DNA of 32,000 nucleotides from Promethearchaeum syntrophicum (GTDB lineage: Archaea > Asgardarchaeota > Lokiarchaeia > Sigyniarchaeales > Promethearchaeaceae). A program made the translations under genes and the position numbers. Positions 9,050 through 18,224 of the stretch are shown here, piece after piece (the first letter of the stretch is position 1; each line of letters begins with the position of its first letter). The stretch lies in the NCBI RefSeq assembly GCF_008000775.2, contig NZ_CP042905.2:780001-812000 (forward strand), read 5' to 3'. The notes under the pieces are model-generated. The model saw only the letters and a list, made by a program, of their open reading frames with translations, did no database searches and was not told the origin of the DNA.

Positions 9050-9649
9050 ATGCTTGAAATTGAAACGAAAATCAAAATTGATAATATTATACTATTAAAA
9101 AAGAAATTGGAAAAATTTAATGCAAAAAATTGTGCGATCTTGGATCAAATTGATACATACTATAACTATCCTGTAGAATCTCGTGATTTTTCAAAAACTG
9201 ATGAAGCTTTACGCTTGAGAAAAACTACTGAATCTGATCCAATAACATTAAAAAAGCTTAAAGAAGTCGTTGATTTAACATATAAAGGACCAAATTTAGA
9301 TAAGGAAATTAAAACGAGAATAGAGCATGTTTGTCACGTGATTGAGGCAGAAAAAATCGAAGAAATTCTGAAAGCATTGAGCTTTAAGGATGTTATATCA
9401 ATTAATAAACATCGTGAAGTCTTTGAGCTTAATTATAATGATAATAAAATCGAGGTTTTAATAGATATCATAGAAAATCTTCCAGGGTCTTATTTTGAAG
9501 CTGAAATCTTGGTGAAAGATGATAAAATGATTGAATATTATAAGAATGTCTTATTTTCATTTATCCAAGAATGCGGTTATTCAAAAAAAGATATACTCCC
9601 GGATACTTATTTAGAAATGGTTCTTGAAAAAATTGCGAAAAAATATTAG
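9050..9649 (+). CDS. CYTH-domain (class IV adenylate cyclase / triphosphate tunnel) protein, CyaB-like
   Basis: The ATG at 9050 starts 'MLEIETKIKID' with the ExExK signature; 'RLRKTTESDPITLKKL' and 'VLIDIIENLPGSYFEAEI' follow. The track start at 8996 adds an unlikely 18 aa. Confidence 0.88.
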   Translation: MLEIETKIKIDNIILLKKKLEKFNAKNCAILDQIDTYYNYPVESRDFSKTDEALRLRKTTESDPITLKKLKEVVDLTYKGPNLDKEIKTRIEHVCHVIEAEKIEEILKALSFKDVISINKHREVFELNYNDNKIEVLIDIIENLPGSYFEAEILVKDDKMIEYYKNVLFSFIQECGYSKKDILPDTYLEMVLEKIAKKY

Positions 9650-10266
9650 AAGTACTCGGTTGTTTCTTCTTCAATCCTCTTCATAAATTCTAAAATGAAA
9701 CTTGAACGTTCATGTGCTAGACCTTTACTAAAGTCTAAGAACATATGTGATTCTAATTTTAAAATTTTCTCATTAATATGGGCAATAACAGCTGGGATAC
9801 CTGAACCCTGTTGACCTTGGTAGGCACAAACCCGAAAGATTCCTACTGCTCCAAGAGCATCCAGCTTATCTGCGTCTGATGTAATTTGGGCCTCTAATGT
9901 TTGAGGTTTTCCTCCCATTGAATAACTGTGCCCTAAAATACCATGACGAATTTCTTGTATATCGCGCGGTGAGAAATCTAATGTTTTAAGGAAGGTTTCA
10001 GCAGATTTTCCTGAAATAATTGCATGGTTTTTTTTTTGCTCTTTCTCATATTTCCTGCCAATATCATGCAACCATACGATACACTCTATTAGGGGCCAAG
10101 ACCCTCCTTCATGGGCATGAATTCGTCGAGCGGTTTGAAGCACCCTTTTAACGTGGGGTAAACCGTGTAATCCTTCTTTTTCTGGATAGTGCTCTTTCGA
10201 AAATTCTTTTATTTTGGGGATAAATGGGATTAGATGATCAAAATCTGTATCAGTAGTATCACTCAT
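9646..10266 (-). CDS. HD-domain phosphohydrolase
   Basis: 'GLHGLPHVKRVLQTARRI', 'CIVWLHDIGRKYE', 'ILGHSY', 'ITSDADKLDALG'. Confidence 0.9.
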   Translation of the reverse strand: MSDTTDTDFDHLIPFIPKIKEFSKEHYPEKEGLHGLPHVKRVLQTARRIHAHEGGSWPLIECIVWLHDIGRKYEKEQKKNHAIISGKSAETFLKTLDFSPRDIQEIRHGILGHSYSMGGKPQTLEAQITSDADKLDALGAVGIFRVCAYQGQQGSGIPAVIAHINEKILKLESHMFLDFSKGLAHERSSFILEFMKRIEEETTEYF

Positions 10267-10561
10267 TTCAAACTAAAAAAAAAAACACTTCTAATTATAA
10301 AAATGTTAAGAAAAAATCGGAATTATCTCTCAATATAAAGATAATTCTTAATGTCTGTATTTCTTTCTATTATTGGGCAATGATGATAAATTTTAATCTG
10401 ATTTTTGGCAAAAAATGATTTTTTATCTAGAATAATCTGAGCCTTTTGGAATAGAATTCCCATCCCAGGCGCTAGGATGACATGTGAAAGGTAGATAACC
10501 TCCAATATCATCTTTCTTGTTAAAAAGAAAGAATTTTGGGCATTTTTTTTACTTGCCTTGT

Positions 10562-11536
10562 TTAAATTACCTTGTAAAAAGTGGATTTCATATTTTCATT
10601 TGACTGGAATCCAAGTTTTTGATATAGATTCAATGCTTTTTCATTATCAACATGTACATCTAATTGAATAGTTTTACATCCTTGGTTTTTTGCGGTCTGA
10701 ATTGTAGCTTCTAATAATTTTGTTCCGATGCCCCGATGTCGGTATTCAGGGAGAATCCCAACAGAATAAATTGTTCCAATCTTTTTCTGAGCATCAACAA
10801 AAAAGACGCTCACACCGATAGGTTGTTGTTGGTTTTTAACATAAAAAACCTCAATGTCAAATTGATTTTTTCTAATTTGAAAGATTTTTTTACTAGATTC
10901 TGCCTTGGCTGGTAGAAATTCAAAGCTACCTATGAAGGATTTATTTATAAGATCTACATAGAGGTGATAATTATCTGGTTCACCTGATTTTTGCAAAATG
11001 GATACATCTAGTGGAAGATCAACGGGGGTTGTCTGGATGAAATCGGTGAGATGCATTTCAAGCAGATATTGGATAGGATGATAGCCCATATGTTCTAATG
11101 CATTATCAAATGGAGCAGAATTAGATCCTTTAGTATCTAAAACAAGAGTTGAGAGTTTTAGTTTTTTCCCAAGTGCAATTGCTGCTTTTAATAATTGCTG
11201 TGGGAGTGTTGAGTTAAAATATTCTGGAAGTATGCCGTAAATCAGTCGGGTAGATTTCACATTGCCTAGAAAATTGGTTAAACCTGCAACTCCAACAATC
11301 TCACCTTTCTCATTTTCAGCTAGAAGGAAATCCCGGGAATATTTCACTTTATCCCCCAACATTAAAAAAATATCTTTTTTCTGTTCGACATATGCTTCAG
11401 ATAATATATGTTTTCGATGGGCATTGTAAATGGAAAGAATTAGAGAGCGATCGGTATTTTCATCCCACGATTTGATTTGAAAATTAACTTTTTTAGTTTT
11501 TGATGACATTCTTGTCATTTCTAAAGAATATGCCAT
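10562..11536 (-). CDS. Two-domain GNAT N-acetyltransferase
   Basis: C-terminal 'GTIYSVGILPEYRHRGIGTKLLEATIQTAKNQGCKTIQLDVHVDNEKALNLYQKLGF' (acetyl-CoA motif A/B); N-terminal degenerate GNAT-like half 'AENEKGEIVGVAGLTNFLG...LIYGILPEYFNSTLPQQLLKAAIALGKKLKLSTLVLD'. Confidence 0.85.
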   Translation of the reverse strand: MAYSLEMTRMSSKTKKVNFQIKSWDENTDRSLILSIYNAHRKHILSEAYVEQKKDIFLMLGDKVKYSRDFLLAENEKGEIVGVAGLTNFLGNVKSTRLIYGILPEYFNSTLPQQLLKAAIALGKKLKLSTLVLDTKGSNSAPFDNALEHMGYHPIQYLLEMHLTDFIQTTPVDLPLDVSILQKSGEPDNYHLYVDLINKSFIGSFEFLPAKAESSKKIFQIRKNQFDIEVFYVKNQQQPIGVSVFFVDAQKKIGTIYSVGILPEYRHRGIGTKLLEATIQTAKNQGCKTIQLDVHVDNEKALNLYQKLGFQSNENMKSTFYKVI

Positions 11537-11576
11537 TCTTTAAAAAACATACTAAAATGTGATATGATAACCATTG

Positions 11577-12803
11577 TTACCAAAAACTAAATGTATTTAC
11601 TTTTGGAAATATTTCATCGAAATCAGCAATTACTTGAGGTACTAAGTTTTTTGAATTGTATATCACATTTTTTTTAGGAACAGTTAGTTTTCCATTTAAA
11701 TAAAGTTCAAAAGATGATTTTCTTCCAGATATTAACGGAACTAAATCGCTAATTGAAATTTTCGCATCAATCTTTCCGGAATATGATTCAACGCGCTCAA
11801 TTTTACTCTTTGAAAACAGAAAGATTCCATTATTTTTATTAAGTATCTCATCTGAGACTTTAAGATATATATCTTGATCGGGAAATTCTTTACAAATTTT
11901 ATTTAAAACTTTCTCAAGGTTCACAATTCTAAACATGTGCCATGGGTTGTCTTGAAATGAAAATTTCTTTCCTCTCAACCAATAATTATCTATAAGTAAA
12001 TCGATTGGAAAATCGAGGGGGATAGAAAAGAAAATGATTTTTTTAACTTGATCTTGATAAGAAAGTAGAAACTGTTTTAGAGCGTAAAAAGCTTGTAGAT
12101 CAATATACTGCATAATCTCAATTTTTAACGTCTCATCTTTTTCATGATATATTATATATCCTTTAGGTTCGAAATTTTCATTATATGTGACGGCAATATA
12201 TTTTTTTGACATCTGATTAAATGTTTCTGTAAATACCTCATGAACTTTAGATGGATTGTATCTGGAATGTTCCCAAAACCATCTTTTAACTTGGGTGATA
12301 TCATCCCTTAACTTAGAATCCTCCTTTACTTTTCCCATTTTAGTTTTATATCCCGAAGCATCAGTTTTTTTTGAGAGAAAATCAAAATCAGAATCTAACT
12401 TCTTACTATCTAACGCATTTTCAAAACCTAAATTTCGATAAAATTGATGCTTAAATGGACCTAAACAATGGAAATGAAATTTTGAATCACAGCTACTTTC
12501 CAATTCCTTTATCAAACCTTTTCTAATTAATCCTTTTTTCCGATAGGTGGGAAGAGTAGCAACGTTTTCAATATTTTTAACATCAAAAATCTCACCTCTT
12601 AACATTATTTGACTAGAATAGCTACCGTATGTTGCAGCTAAAGTGTCCCCATCAAACCATCCGAAGGCATCATCCAAAATTTTTTCATTTTTTATAATTA
12701 AATTTCCCCATTCTTCATCTTGTTCATTCTCTGGTGGAAATGAAAATTTTAACAATTTTTTGAGTGATTTTAGGTGAGATTTGTCTAATTTGATTAATTC
12801 CAT
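11577..12803 (-). CDS. Eis-like GNAT acetyltransferase (copy B)
   Basis: 'ENVATLPTYRKKGLIRKGLIKELE' acetyl-CoA motif, 'LGPFKHQFYRNLGFE', C-terminal 'KIDAKISISDLVPLISGRKSS' sterol-carrier-like segment; about 408 aa. Confidence 0.83.
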   Translation of the reverse strand: MELIKLDKSHLKSLKKLLKFSFPPENEQDEEWGNLIIKNEKILDDAFGWFDGDTLAATYGSYSSQIMLRGEIFDVKNIENVATLPTYRKKGLIRKGLIKELESSCDSKFHFHCLGPFKHQFYRNLGFENALDSKKLDSDFDFLSKKTDASGYKTKMGKVKEDSKLRDDITQVKRWFWEHSRYNPSKVHEVFTETFNQMSKKYIAVTYNENFEPKGYIIYHEKDETLKIEIMQYIDLQAFYALKQFLLSYQDQVKKIIFFSIPLDFPIDLLIDNYWLRGKKFSFQDNPWHMFRIVNLEKVLNKICKEFPDQDIYLKVSDEILNKNNGIFLFSKSKIERVESYSGKIDAKISISDLVPLISGRKSSFELYLNGKLTVPKKNVIYNSKNLVPQVIADFDEIFPKVNTFSFW

Positions 12804-12914
12804 TATATTATTTTAAAATATCTATTTTCTTATAAAGTTCATCCAAATCTGACCATTATTTCAATGATAATTCTACAGTTGAGCATATATCTGAGAAATA
12901 ATCCAGTATCTATT

Positions 12915-14141
12915 TTATAAAATGCCGAATGTGGTCACTTTTGGAAATATTTTATCCAACTCAGCTATTATCGGAGGTGCTAAGCTTTTTGAATTGTAAA
13001 TTGTCCCATTTCCAGGAATGGTTAGTTTTCCAGTTAAATATAAGTCATAAGATGATTTCCGTCCTGATAGTAAAGGAACTAAATCACTAATTGAAAGAGC
13101 TGCATCAATTTTTCCTGAATATGAATCAACCCGTTCAATTTTATTCTTTGAAAATAAATATATTCCATTATTTTGATTAAATAATCCATCTGATACTTTA
13201 AGATATATCTCGTTATCTTGAATTTCTTTACAAATTTCTCTTAAAACACTCTCAAGATTTACAATCCTAAACATACGCCATGAATTGTCTTGTACCGAAC
13301 ATTTCTTTCCAGTTAACCAGTAATTGTCAATTAGTAAATCTATTGGCAAATCAGGTTGGATGGACGTAAAAAGAATTTTCTTAACTTGGTCTTGATAGGA
13401 TAGTAATAATTGTTTTAGCGCGTAAAAAGCTTGAAGATCGATATAGTGCATATTTGTAATTTTTAGAATTTGCTCAATTTCTGAAAATATCATATAACCC
13501 TTTGGAATTGAATTTTCATCATAGGCAATTGCAACATATTTTTTTGACATTTGGAAAAAAACTTCATCATACAGTTCAGGAATTTTAGCTTGATTATATC
13601 TGGAATTTTCCCCCATCCATTTTTTAACTTGCATTAGATCTTCTCTTAAATTAGAATCTTCTTTTAGTATCCCAATTTTAGTTCGGTATCCTTGGAAATC
13701 CGTTTTTTTGGATAAAAAATCAAAGTCAAATTCTACTCTTCTGCTGTCCATTACAGTTTCAAAGCCTAAATTCCGATAAAATTCTTGTTTAAACGGACCT
13801 AAAGAAAAAAAATGAAATTGTGAATCAAAATTTTTCTCCAATTCCAAAGTCAACCCTTTTCTAACTAAACCTTTCTTCCGATAGGTGGGAAGAGTTGCCA
13901 CGAGATCAATAAATTTCACTTTGAAAAATTTATTTCTTATCTTGAATTGACCGCTATAGCTGCTATATGTCGAAACTAAAGTGTCTCCATCAAACCAGCC
14001 ATAGGCCTCATCCCAAATTCTATTATTTTTTAAAAATAATGCTACCTCTTCATTTTCTTCCTCATCTTCTAGTGGAAATGAAAATTTCATCAGCTTTTCG
14101 AATGATTCTCTGTGGGATTGGTCTAACTTGATTAGTTCCAT
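12915..14141 (-). CDS. Eis-like GNAT acetyltransferase (copy A), paralogue of the adjacent gene
   Basis: Same length and colinear: 'VATLPTYRKKGLVRKGLTLELE', 'LGPFKQEFYRNLGFE', 'HYIDLQAFYALKQFLLSYQDQVKKI', 'SGKIDAALSISDLVPLLSGRKSS'. Confidence 0.83.
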   Translation of the reverse strand: MELIKLDQSHRESFEKLMKFSFPLEDEEENEEVALFLKNNRIWDEAYGWFDGDTLVSTYSSYSGQFKIRNKFFKVKFIDLVATLPTYRKKGLVRKGLTLELEKNFDSQFHFFSLGPFKQEFYRNLGFETVMDSRRVEFDFDFLSKKTDFQGYRTKIGILKEDSNLREDLMQVKKWMGENSRYNQAKIPELYDEVFFQMSKKYVAIAYDENSIPKGYMIFSEIEQILKITNMHYIDLQAFYALKQLLLSYQDQVKKILFTSIQPDLPIDLLIDNYWLTGKKCSVQDNSWRMFRIVNLESVLREICKEIQDNEIYLKVSDGLFNQNNGIYLFSKNKIERVDSYSGKIDAALSISDLVPLLSGRKSSYDLYLTGKLTIPGNGTIYNSKSLAPPIIAELDKIFPKVTTFGIL

Positions 14142-14145
14142 ATTA

Positions 14146-16251
14146 TTATTCTAAAATATCTATTTTCTTATAAATTTCATCGATATTCGGCAATGTTTTC
14201 AATGTTTTATCTATTGCGGTGCATATTTTCAAGAAAATTACTAATTCTTCATGTGTTAAACTTCTCTGCAGCGTATTCCATTTTCTTACAGAAGAAAATT
14301 TTCGAGATTTAAGGAATTGAGGTAATTGTGGAATATTTCCAATTGAAAACTCCCACATTGGTAATGTAATACCTTTAATCCAAATAGTTTTTGATTTATT
14401 AAAATGTATACATTCTTCTTCGGGTGAATAATAAAAATCTTTTACAACCCATTGATCTGGAGAAATATCTGACAATTCAAATTTTTTTCTGTTATCAATA
14501 TCTAACATATGAGCCCGTGCTAAGATTTTTCCAATTTCAGACATTTCATTAAATAAATTTTGATCTTTTGTAATTGGAATTCTTGGAAAACCTTTCAGTA
14601 AATATTCGTCGTAGCGTTTTCGATAGGTCATTGAAAATAGAATGCCATAAATATAGTAAAAAAGATCTTCACCATGGCAAGAATAGGAAAGTTTTGGGAG
14701 ATTAATGTTGGGTTTTCCATCCTTTTCTAAAAGAAATGCATACGATGTGTCAGTAACTGACATAAAACACTTTTCAATTAATTTGTTTGAGATAAAAGCA
14801 GTGCAAAAATGAGCTTTCCGGGATGATTTTGAGATGGTAATTGCAGGATTTTCGTTAGAAATTTGATCAATATATCCCATTCTATGTCCTTCAACAATGC
14901 TTCTATCATAAGCGATATATCTGAAATCGAAACCGCGATATTGAATAAGTGTAATTTTGCTCAAAACTTGTTCTAAATTTGTTTTAGAATACACTTTTTT
15001 TTTTTTCCAAGATTTAGAATCTTGAGTTTTTATTTTAAGTTCGTCTAATCTGTCAAAATCTTTGTTAAAGAATAATTTTAGATTTGTTTCAATATTTTTT
15101 CGATCCGTATCAAGCAAAAGATGATCTTTACCAACCATGATACCGCTTGTTGGGGAAGATACAAAAAAAGAATCAATACTTGGAAAAGATTCGTATCTAT
15201 CTAATAAATCAGTATCTATATCAACAAAATAATTCTTTTTAGTTTCTGAAAGTAATTTAAACCTTTCTTCATTAAATCCGTGTGAAAGGATTGAAAATTT
15301 TTCTTCACGGGTAGGATTTGGAATATCCATATAGTGAATTGCTGCATTTTTATCTAGTGAGTTATCAATTCTAACCATGAAGGCAATGCAAACTCCAATG
15401 CGAATATCAAATGGATTTCCTGTCTCTTTTTTTCTCATATCTCCGTGCAAATTGACAATGTAAATATGATCGAAAGATTTTCGTAGTGATTTGCGCATAA
15501 TTGAGAACATTTGACCTTCAAGATATCGATTATTTGTAATCATCGCTAATATTCCGGTTCCTGCTTGTTCAATTTTCCATTGCCCAAACCGTAAGAATTT
15601 TACGTAATCATCTGAAATGATCTTTTTGTTTCTTTCCTTTAATCCATTTTTATAATCCATTATTTTTTCATTTATCCAAGGGCAATTATTTTGACTGCTA
15701 AGGTTATAAGGAGGATTACCCATGATGACGAAAACTTCATTTAGATCCTTCTTTTTCAAATAATTTGGATTTAGAAATGTGTTTCCTAAAGAAGAATTGA
15801 GATTTAACTCATTAGACTTTAATTTTAGGCCGAGTTCATGTAATTTGGATAAAATTCTTATATGTCCTAATAGATAAGATTCTTTTAGAATTTCATTTAT
15901 ATAGAAATTATTCAGAAATCCGTTTTTTACCCACTTATCAAATGCATTTTGAGCTATTGGATGACTTGGACCTTCATCTAAAAATCTTCTTTTTGCATAT
16001 TTTAATAAACCACAAGCAAAAGTATTTGTTCCCGCTGCAGGATCCAAGTATTTAAGATTGTTTTCTGTTCTTATACCTTTTTTTAAATTAAAGAATTTCA
16101 TCAAAAGAAAATCAATACTTTCAATCATGAAATCCACTATTTTTTCTGGAGTATATACAACACCTTTCTCTTTTGCGGTTATTGGATCAATAATTTCCAA
16201 GTATTTTCCGTAATTTTCAATCTTATTTAATAAATCTTCACTTGTGATCAT
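14146..16251 (-). CDS. N6-adenine-type DNA methyltransferase with C-terminal target-recognition-like region, type-ISP-like, no nuclease or helicase domain
   Basis: 'GVVYTPEKIVDFMIESIDFLL', SAM motif 'YLDPAAGTNTFACGLLKYA', catalytic 'VIMGNPPYNLSSQ', 'ITNNRYLEG', 'YRGFDFRYIAYD'. Confidence 0.88.
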   Translation of the reverse strand: MITSEDLLNKIENYGKYLEIIDPITAKEKGVVYTPEKIVDFMIESIDFLLMKFFNLKKGIRTENNLKYLDPAAGTNTFACGLLKYAKRRFLDEGPSHPIAQNAFDKWVKNGFLNNFYINEILKESYLLGHIRILSKLHELGLKLKSNELNLNSSLGNTFLNPNYLKKKDLNEVFVIMGNPPYNLSSQNNCPWINEKIMDYKNGLKERNKKIISDDYVKFLRFGQWKIEQAGTGILAMITNNRYLEGQMFSIMRKSLRKSFDHIYIVNLHGDMRKKETGNPFDIRIGVCIAFMVRIDNSLDKNAAIHYMDIPNPTREEKFSILSHGFNEERFKLLSETKKNYFVDIDTDLLDRYESFPSIDSFFVSSPTSGIMVGKDHLLLDTDRKNIETNLKLFFNKDFDRLDELKIKTQDSKSWKKKKVYSKTNLEQVLSKITLIQYRGFDFRYIAYDRSIVEGHRMGYIDQISNENPAITISKSSRKAHFCTAFISNKLIEKCFMSVTDTSYAFLLEKDGKPNINLPKLSYSCHGEDLFYYIYGILFSMTYRKRYDEYLLKGFPRIPITKDQNLFNEMSEIGKILARAHMLDIDNRKKFELSDISPDQWVVKDFYYSPEEECIHFNKSKTIWIKGITLPMWEFSIGNIPQLPQFLKSRKFSSVRKWNTLQRSLTHEELVIFLKICTAIDKTLKTLPNIDEIYKKIDILE

Positions 16252-16585
16252 TTCTGGATTCTCATTTCAATTAATCATTAAATATATTAACCAGTTAATA
16301 TACTATGATCTAAAGTGATTTTTAAATCTTTGCGAATTTCCCCGCTTTATTCTTAAATTTCGATTAAAAATAATCCCAAAATTTAATATATGAAACATTC
16401 ACCATATTTATTGGGCGATTCACCACACTAAAAATATTCATCTATAATGTAAATGGAGAAAAACCTTGCACAGAATAATAGGTTTCTTAAGCTTTTATTT
16501 AAATTCCCTAAATTCCCTAATCTAAAAATAATAATAAAAAATAATAAAAAAAAATAATAACTAAAAACCATTTATTAATATTAAG

Positions 16586-16957
16586 ATGTTTTGTGAACAT
16601 GGATTAACCAAAGAAACTTGCCCTTATTGCATGCAGCAATCTCGGATAAAACCTCCGACTCGTTTAGTGAAACTTGCACCAACAGAATTACCTATGGAAG
16701 TACCATTGATAAAAGATTTACAAAACCCCACATCTCCAATTAAAGAGTTATATAAAGAAAATAGCCCAGTTAATATTAAATCACGCCAATTAGAGAAGAA
16801 ATTTTCATTGAATATGGATTCCAATGAATATAATAAAACGCTTTTTGATAAAAGAATGACAGAATTAGAAAAATTAAGGGGATATTCAACAAATTCTGAG
16901 GATATTACTCCAAATGTCCAAATATTTGATTTAAAAAAGAAATTCACTAAAAAATAA
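16586..16957 (+). CDS. Small protein with N-terminal Cys/His zinc-finger-like motif and disordered tail
   Basis: 'MFCEHGLTKETCPYCMQQ' (C-x-H-x8-CPxC); the remainder is polar and low complexity. The antisense ORF 16624-16947 is less plausible. Confidence 0.6.
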   Translation: MFCEHGLTKETCPYCMQQSRIKPPTRLVKLAPTELPMEVPLIKDLQNPTSPIKELYKENSPVNIKSRQLEKKFSLNMDSNEYNKTLFDKRMTELEKLRGYSTNSEDITPNVQIFDLKKKFTKK

Positions 16958-16981
16958 ACCTATTTTTAATTCCAGTAAATA

Positions 16982-18154
16982 TTACAAATTAAATAACACG
17001 TCTATAGCTTTATTGTGATTTGGGGGACATCCTGGGATAAAATTCTTTCTCAAATCCTCTGCAATGCTTTTTGTACATTTACCGAAAAAAACAACAGGAT
17101 TCTCAAAATTCGGGATTTCTGTAATACTTGTATTTCCTATAAAAACATCAATTCTAGGATATTTTTGTTGTAAATTTTGAAACTTTTTAATATATTCTGG
17201 AGTAAACATGATTTTTCTGAACATTCTCGAAAATGCCATTTGACAATTGGAACATCCATAAGGCGAAGTGTGCAAAAAAATATTTCCATATTTCATATAT
17301 GAATCCGGTTTTTGAAAAGGTGGATCAGCAGGTATTATGGGTTCACTTCCAGGTGCTAAATTAACTTTTTTTTTTGGCAAATGTTGAACATCCTCAATAG
17401 AAACACCCATAATTTGACAAGCTGCATTATCCAATTCAATCATATCTTTTCCCGCTATTAAAATATTTAAATGTCGAACTTTTGTTTGATTTTCGGGACC
17501 AGTCACAGGACCCGTTCCTTCTAAAGCGCAAGTACTATCAATTATACTAAATTCGGGTTGGATTACCTTTGCGTACTCACGAATGCAAGAATGAAGCGAA
17601 CCCGCGCCATCATAACCTAGATGAAAATTCTTTTTATCTTGAAAAAGTAGTAACCCCTTTTGATTTTTCATGGATAACGTTACTGCTGTCATCTGATGGG
17701 TTTTCATTTTAGCTATATTGATATAAGAATGTGTACGGCAAATTTTTGGAAGTTTTAGTGTTCCATAAATCCATGGATACTCATCGAATTCAGTAAATTG
17801 CAAATTTAATATCCTTACATTGATTCCGTGCTTTTTTTTCAATCTATCAACCATTTTTCTATATCCTGTTTCTTTAATTAACCGTTGGAAATTTTTTTGG
17901 TTTATTGAGAAAAACCCCGAATTCTCCCCAATTACAAATTCTTCCACACCTTTATCCTTCAATGCTAAAATAAGACCTCCTATAACTTTAGGATCAGTAA
18001 TAACGGCTGTCTGAGGTTTTACAGCATCGACGATATTTGGTTTTAATAGGACTTTTGTTTTAGAAGGAGTATAGTTCAGCTGAGCCATCAATTTTAAAAA
18101 TGCGTTTTTAACTTCTTCAACTGGTTTAGTTTTTGTGTGAATTATCGATATCAT
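16982..18154 (-). CDS. DUF362 domain protein
   Basis: 'KVLLKPNIVDAVKPQTAVITDPKVIGGLILALKDKGVEEFVIGENSG', 'INIAKMKTHQMTAVTLSMKNQKGLL', 'DSTCALEGTGP'. Confidence 0.88.
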   Translation of the reverse strand: MISIIHTKTKPVEEVKNAFLKLMAQLNYTPSKTKVLLKPNIVDAVKPQTAVITDPKVIGGLILALKDKGVEEFVIGENSGFFSINQKNFQRLIKETGYRKMVDRLKKKHGINVRILNLQFTEFDEYPWIYGTLKLPKICRTHSYINIAKMKTHQMTAVTLSMKNQKGLLLFQDKKNFHLGYDGAGSLHSCIREYAKVIQPEFSIIDSTCALEGTGPVTGPENQTKVRHLNILIAGKDMIELDNAACQIMGVSIEDVQHLPKKKVNLAPGSEPIIPADPPFQKPDSYMKYGNIFLHTSPYGCSNCQMAFSRMFRKIMFTPEYIKKFQNLQQKYPRIDVFIGNTSITEIPNFENPVVFFGKCTKSIAEDLRKNFIPGCPPNHNKAIDVLFNL

Positions 18155-18224
18155 GAAAATTTTTACCCATATTTTGTTATTTTTGATTTAATTTGAAATG
18201 TTTTAATTTGACGGAAACGTATTT

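Noticed and set aside
10323-10511. 62-aa minus-strand ORF MILEVIYLSHVILAPG...
   Set aside because: Short, no recognisable motif and lies in an AT-rich spacer; insufficient evidence to call.
10562-16251. Interpretation of the methyltransferase region as BREX, DISARM or a complete restriction-modification system
   Set aside because: No PglZ/BrxC/BrxL-, helicase-, PLD- or nuclease-like gene is adjacent; only the methyltransferase and acetyltransferases are present.
16500-16575. Low-complexity AAT/AAAT-rich tract as a possible repeat element or array
   Set aside because: Simple AT-rich intergenic sequence with no regular repeat-spacer periodicity; not a CRISPR or mobile element signature.
16624-16947. 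107-aa minus-strand ORF
   Set aside because: Antisense to the zinc-finger-like ORF with its CEHG...CPYC motif; lacks motifs of its own.
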